Part shown: positions 14,405 through 16,290 of the stretch, one piece after another | How positions within the stretch are numbered: position 1 is the stretch's first letter | Layout of the letters: every line of letters begins with the position of its first letter | Origin: a bacterium | GTDB taxonomy: Bacteria; Chloroflexota; Dehalococcoidia; Tepidiformales; Tepidiformaceae | Direction: 5' to 3' | DNA: 16,290 bases | Assembly: GCA_945861295.1 (NCBI GenBank) | Contig: CAMAUF010000008.1 | Coordinates: 1-16,290, forward strand | The notes under the pieces: generated by a model | Told to the model about the DNA's origin: nothing | Seen by the model: the letters and a program-made list of their open reading frames with translations, nothing else | Databases searched by the model: none | Translations under genes and position numbers: made by a program

Positions 14405-15090
14405 TCCTCGCGATGCCATAATGCCAGGCCGGTTGGAAGCGCTCCCCTATGCCAGCGCTCTGGTCGAAACCCCAAGACAGCGAAGACCAGAATGCCCGCC
14501 AGGAGGATGGCGGAGAGATTGGTGACGAAGAGCAGCGCAGCTCCGCCCCAGACGCCCCGGTCGTTCAGCGCAATTCCGATCCCCACGGTGCAGAGGGGCG
14601 GCATGAGCGCGGTGGCGATCGCGACGCCCGGGAGCGTATCTGACTGCTGATGCCGGGCGAGGGCGTAGGCGCCCACGGCGCCCCCGGCCAAGGCGATCCC
14701 AAGGTCGAACGGATTGGGGCTGGTCCGGGCTTGAGCCTCCGACGGGAGCGTGACGAGCGCATCGAACGGCAATGCCTGAGCGAGCCATGTGAGGGCAGCA
14801 GAAAGACAGATCGCGACCGCGATTCCCTCGACAAGAGCGATGGCCGGGGACAAGAGCAGCGATGCATGTCCGCGGACCGAGCCGAGAGCCAGCCCCATGA
14901 TGGGAGTGAGCATCGGGGCGACCAGCATCGCCCCGATGACAACGGCCCCCGAATCGGCAATCAGGCCGAGCGTGGCGATTGCGCACGAAAACACGACGCG
15001 GACATGGAACCGGCTATCGGGTTTCGCCTCAGTTTCCAGGTGGTCCGCGAACGCCGCGTTGGCGTCGAGGTTTTGGCGGAATCCTGCCAA
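14320..15090 (-). CDS. Integral membrane protein, probably DUF389 family (short form)
   Basis: 256-aa ORF with multiple TM helices and the 'SGAVVIGAMLVAPMLTPIMGLALG' motif reminiscent of DUF389. The last ~45 codons are non-hydrophobic and overlap the 3' end of the convergent 12224..14404 gene by 85 nt, so the true C-terminus or frame there is uncertain. Confidence 0.5.
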   Translation of the reverse strand: MAGFRQNLDANAAFADHLETEAKPDSRFHVRVVFSCAIATLGLIADSGAVVIGAMLVAPMLTPIMGLALGSVRGHASLLLSPAIALVEGIAVAICLSAALTWLAQALPFDALVTLPSEAQARTSPNPFDLGIALAGGAVGAYALARHQQSDTLPGVAIATALMPPLCTVGIGIALNDRGVWGGAALLFVTNLSAILLAGILVFAVLGFRPERWHRGALPTGLALWHREDQCPAASSVARSRPESAISSSWYSNHTV

Positions 15091-15497
15091 TCGAACTCCT
15101 TCGGCGACGTCACTCAGGTCAGATCAGTCGTCCCTCGGTCGTGTCGCCCCTCCAGCCCCGCTGGTTGCCAGACCACTTACCACCATCTGGTCGGGCACAC
15201 TGTGAGTCAACTCTCGACGCGCGGTTTCGGAGACGTGGCGCGGACGGCCCGAGCGCGCTTGGCGTGGGAGCAACCTCGATTCCAAGGCTGCGGCGCCCCG
15301 CTCCTCCCGAACCCACCCGCCCAGGTGCGCAACGTCGGCGCAGAGGCGGCAGCGCCCGGCCCGAGTTTCGAGACATCGTCGCTCGTGGTAACCTGCGAAA
15401 CAGTTGGTTTGGCGTTCGCGACTCGGCGCATGCTGGATTAGGATTGGGGGAGGCCGCACGGGGCCGTGGCATGCCCTTGGCCCGGTGGCCCGAAGCT

Positions 15498-16290
15498 ATG
15501 GCAACGAACACTCTGCCCAAGAACGATGGACGCGCCAGCGGGATCTCAGCGCGGGCGCAGAACGCCGTGCAGCGCTTCGTCCATGCCGAGGCATCGAGCG
15601 GAGTCCTGCTTGTCATGGCCGCGGTGGCCGCCTTGGTGTGGGCCAACTCTCCCTGGAGCGATAGCTACCGCCATCTCTGGGAAGCCACCCTCACCTTCGA
15701 CCTCAGCTTCGTGACGGTCGTGGAGGATTTGCGTCATCTCGTCAACGACGGGGCGATGACGCTCTTCTTCTTCGTCGTAGGTCTTGAGATCAAGCGCGAA
15801 CTGCTCCGGGGAGAGTTGGCATCCATCCGGAAGGCGACCCTCCCCATCGCCGCCGCCATCGGGGGGATGGTTCTGCCGGCCGTCATCTACCTGGCCTGGA
15901 ACGCGGGCGGCCCTGGCGTTCCTGGTTGGGGAATTCCGATGGCGACTGACATCGCCTTCGCGATGGGCCTGCTCGCATTGGCGGCGCCACGCATTCCGAA
16001 CGCGCTCAAGGTCTTTCTGCTCGCGCTCGCGATTGTCGACGACCTCGGAGCGATCCTGGTGATCGCGGTCTTTTACACGGACCGCCTGTTGCTTGAGCCG
16101 CTCCTTTGGGGCGGACTTGTTCTCGGGGTCATCGTGGCAATACGGGCGGCCGGCGTGCGGAGCGTTCTCTACTATGTGCCCCTTGGGCTCCTGTTTTGGC
16201 TGGCCGTCTTGGAGTCGGGCATCCACGCGACGCTGGCCGGCGTTGTCCTCGCGGTTCTCACTCCGGCCGGTCCAGTCAAGAGCAGAGACG
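15498..16290 (+). CDS. nhaA: Na+/H+ antiporter NhaA (5' portion; continues beyond window end)
   Basis: Manual translation from ATG 15498 gives MATNTLPKNDGRASG...QRFVHAEASSGVLLVMAAVAALVWANS...LFFFVVGLEIKRELLRGELASIRKATLPIAAAIGGMVLPAVIYLAW...TDIAFAMGLLALAAPRIPNALKVFLLALAIVDDLGAILVIAVFYT...HATLAGVVLAV. This is collinear with E. coli NhaA (TDIAFALGVLALLG, ALAIIDDLGAIIIIA with the catalytic DD pair, GVHATLAGVIVG). The frame is open to the window end, so the track has no entry. An alternative in-frame ATG lies at 15471. Confidence 0.85.
   Translation, partial: MATNTLPKNDGRASGISARAQNAVQRFVHAEASSGVLLVMAAVAALVWANSPWSDSYRHLWEATLTFDLSFVTVVEDLRHLVNDGAMTLFFFVVGLEIKRELLRGELASIRKATLPIAAAIGGMVLPAVIYLAWNAGGPGVPGWGIPMATDIAFAMGLLALAAPRIPNALKVFLLALAIVDDLGAILVIAVFYTDRLLLEPLLWGGLVLGVIVAIRAAGVRSVLYYVPLGLLFWLAVLESGIHATLAGVVLAVLTPAGPVKSRD

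Noticed and set aside
12308-14419. 703-aa minus-strand ORF
   Set aside because: It runs antisense to the PPDK-like gene, has a low-complexity Arg/Gly/Ala-rich product and no motifs. High-GC artefact.
15404-15714. Plus-strand ORFs 15404..15664 and 15466..15714 near nhaA start
   Set aside because: They are out of frame with the unmistakable NhaA reading frame (which is open to the window end and therefore absent from the track). Their translations are Arg/Gly-rich.
1-16290. Scan for tRNA/rRNA genes, CRISPR repeats, transposase/integrase genes
   Set aside because: I found no cloverleaf-like conserved tRNA motifs, no regularly spaced direct repeats, and no DDE or tyrosine-recombinase-like ORFs. 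The only repeats are the short palindromes and the paralogous gene duplication reported above.

Overview
High-GC (~70%) bacterial chromosomal window with a markedly lower-GC block at its 5' end (1 to ~2300, ~47-60% GC). From the sequence alone I support about 15 protein-coding genes. No rRNA, tRNA, CRISPR array or transposase is evident.

Low-GC block (1 to ~2300):
- a small W/G-rich repeat protein;
- a predicted winged-helix domain fused to an alpha/beta-hydrolase fold that has lost its nucleophile serine;
- a GNAT acetyltransferase.

High-GC core:
- a two-domain VOC/glyoxalase-family protein;
- a small Dabb/DUF1330-like protein;
- a large flotillin/SPFH membrane protein with three to four tandem internal repeats N-terminal to its SPFH core;
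- a TetR-regulated, divergently organised cluster of 'split' PEP-utilising phosphotransferase genes;
- a DUF389-like membrane protein;
- the 5' part of an NhaA Na+/H+ antiporter gene.

The most unusual content is the phosphotransferase cluster. It holds three paralogs (~540-580 aa) that carry a rifampin-phosphotransferase-like substrate domain plus a C-terminal phospho-His swivel domain, but no ATP-grasp domain. The gene translationally coupled to them encodes only the PPDK-type ATP-grasp (nucleotide-binding) domain plus a phospho-His domain, followed by an unrelated Ala-rich C-terminal domain in place of the PEP/pyruvate TIM barrel. A perfect 12-bp palindrome lies in the divergent promoter region next to the TetR gene.

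Many very long alternative-frame ORFs in the track are high-GC artefacts and were rejected.
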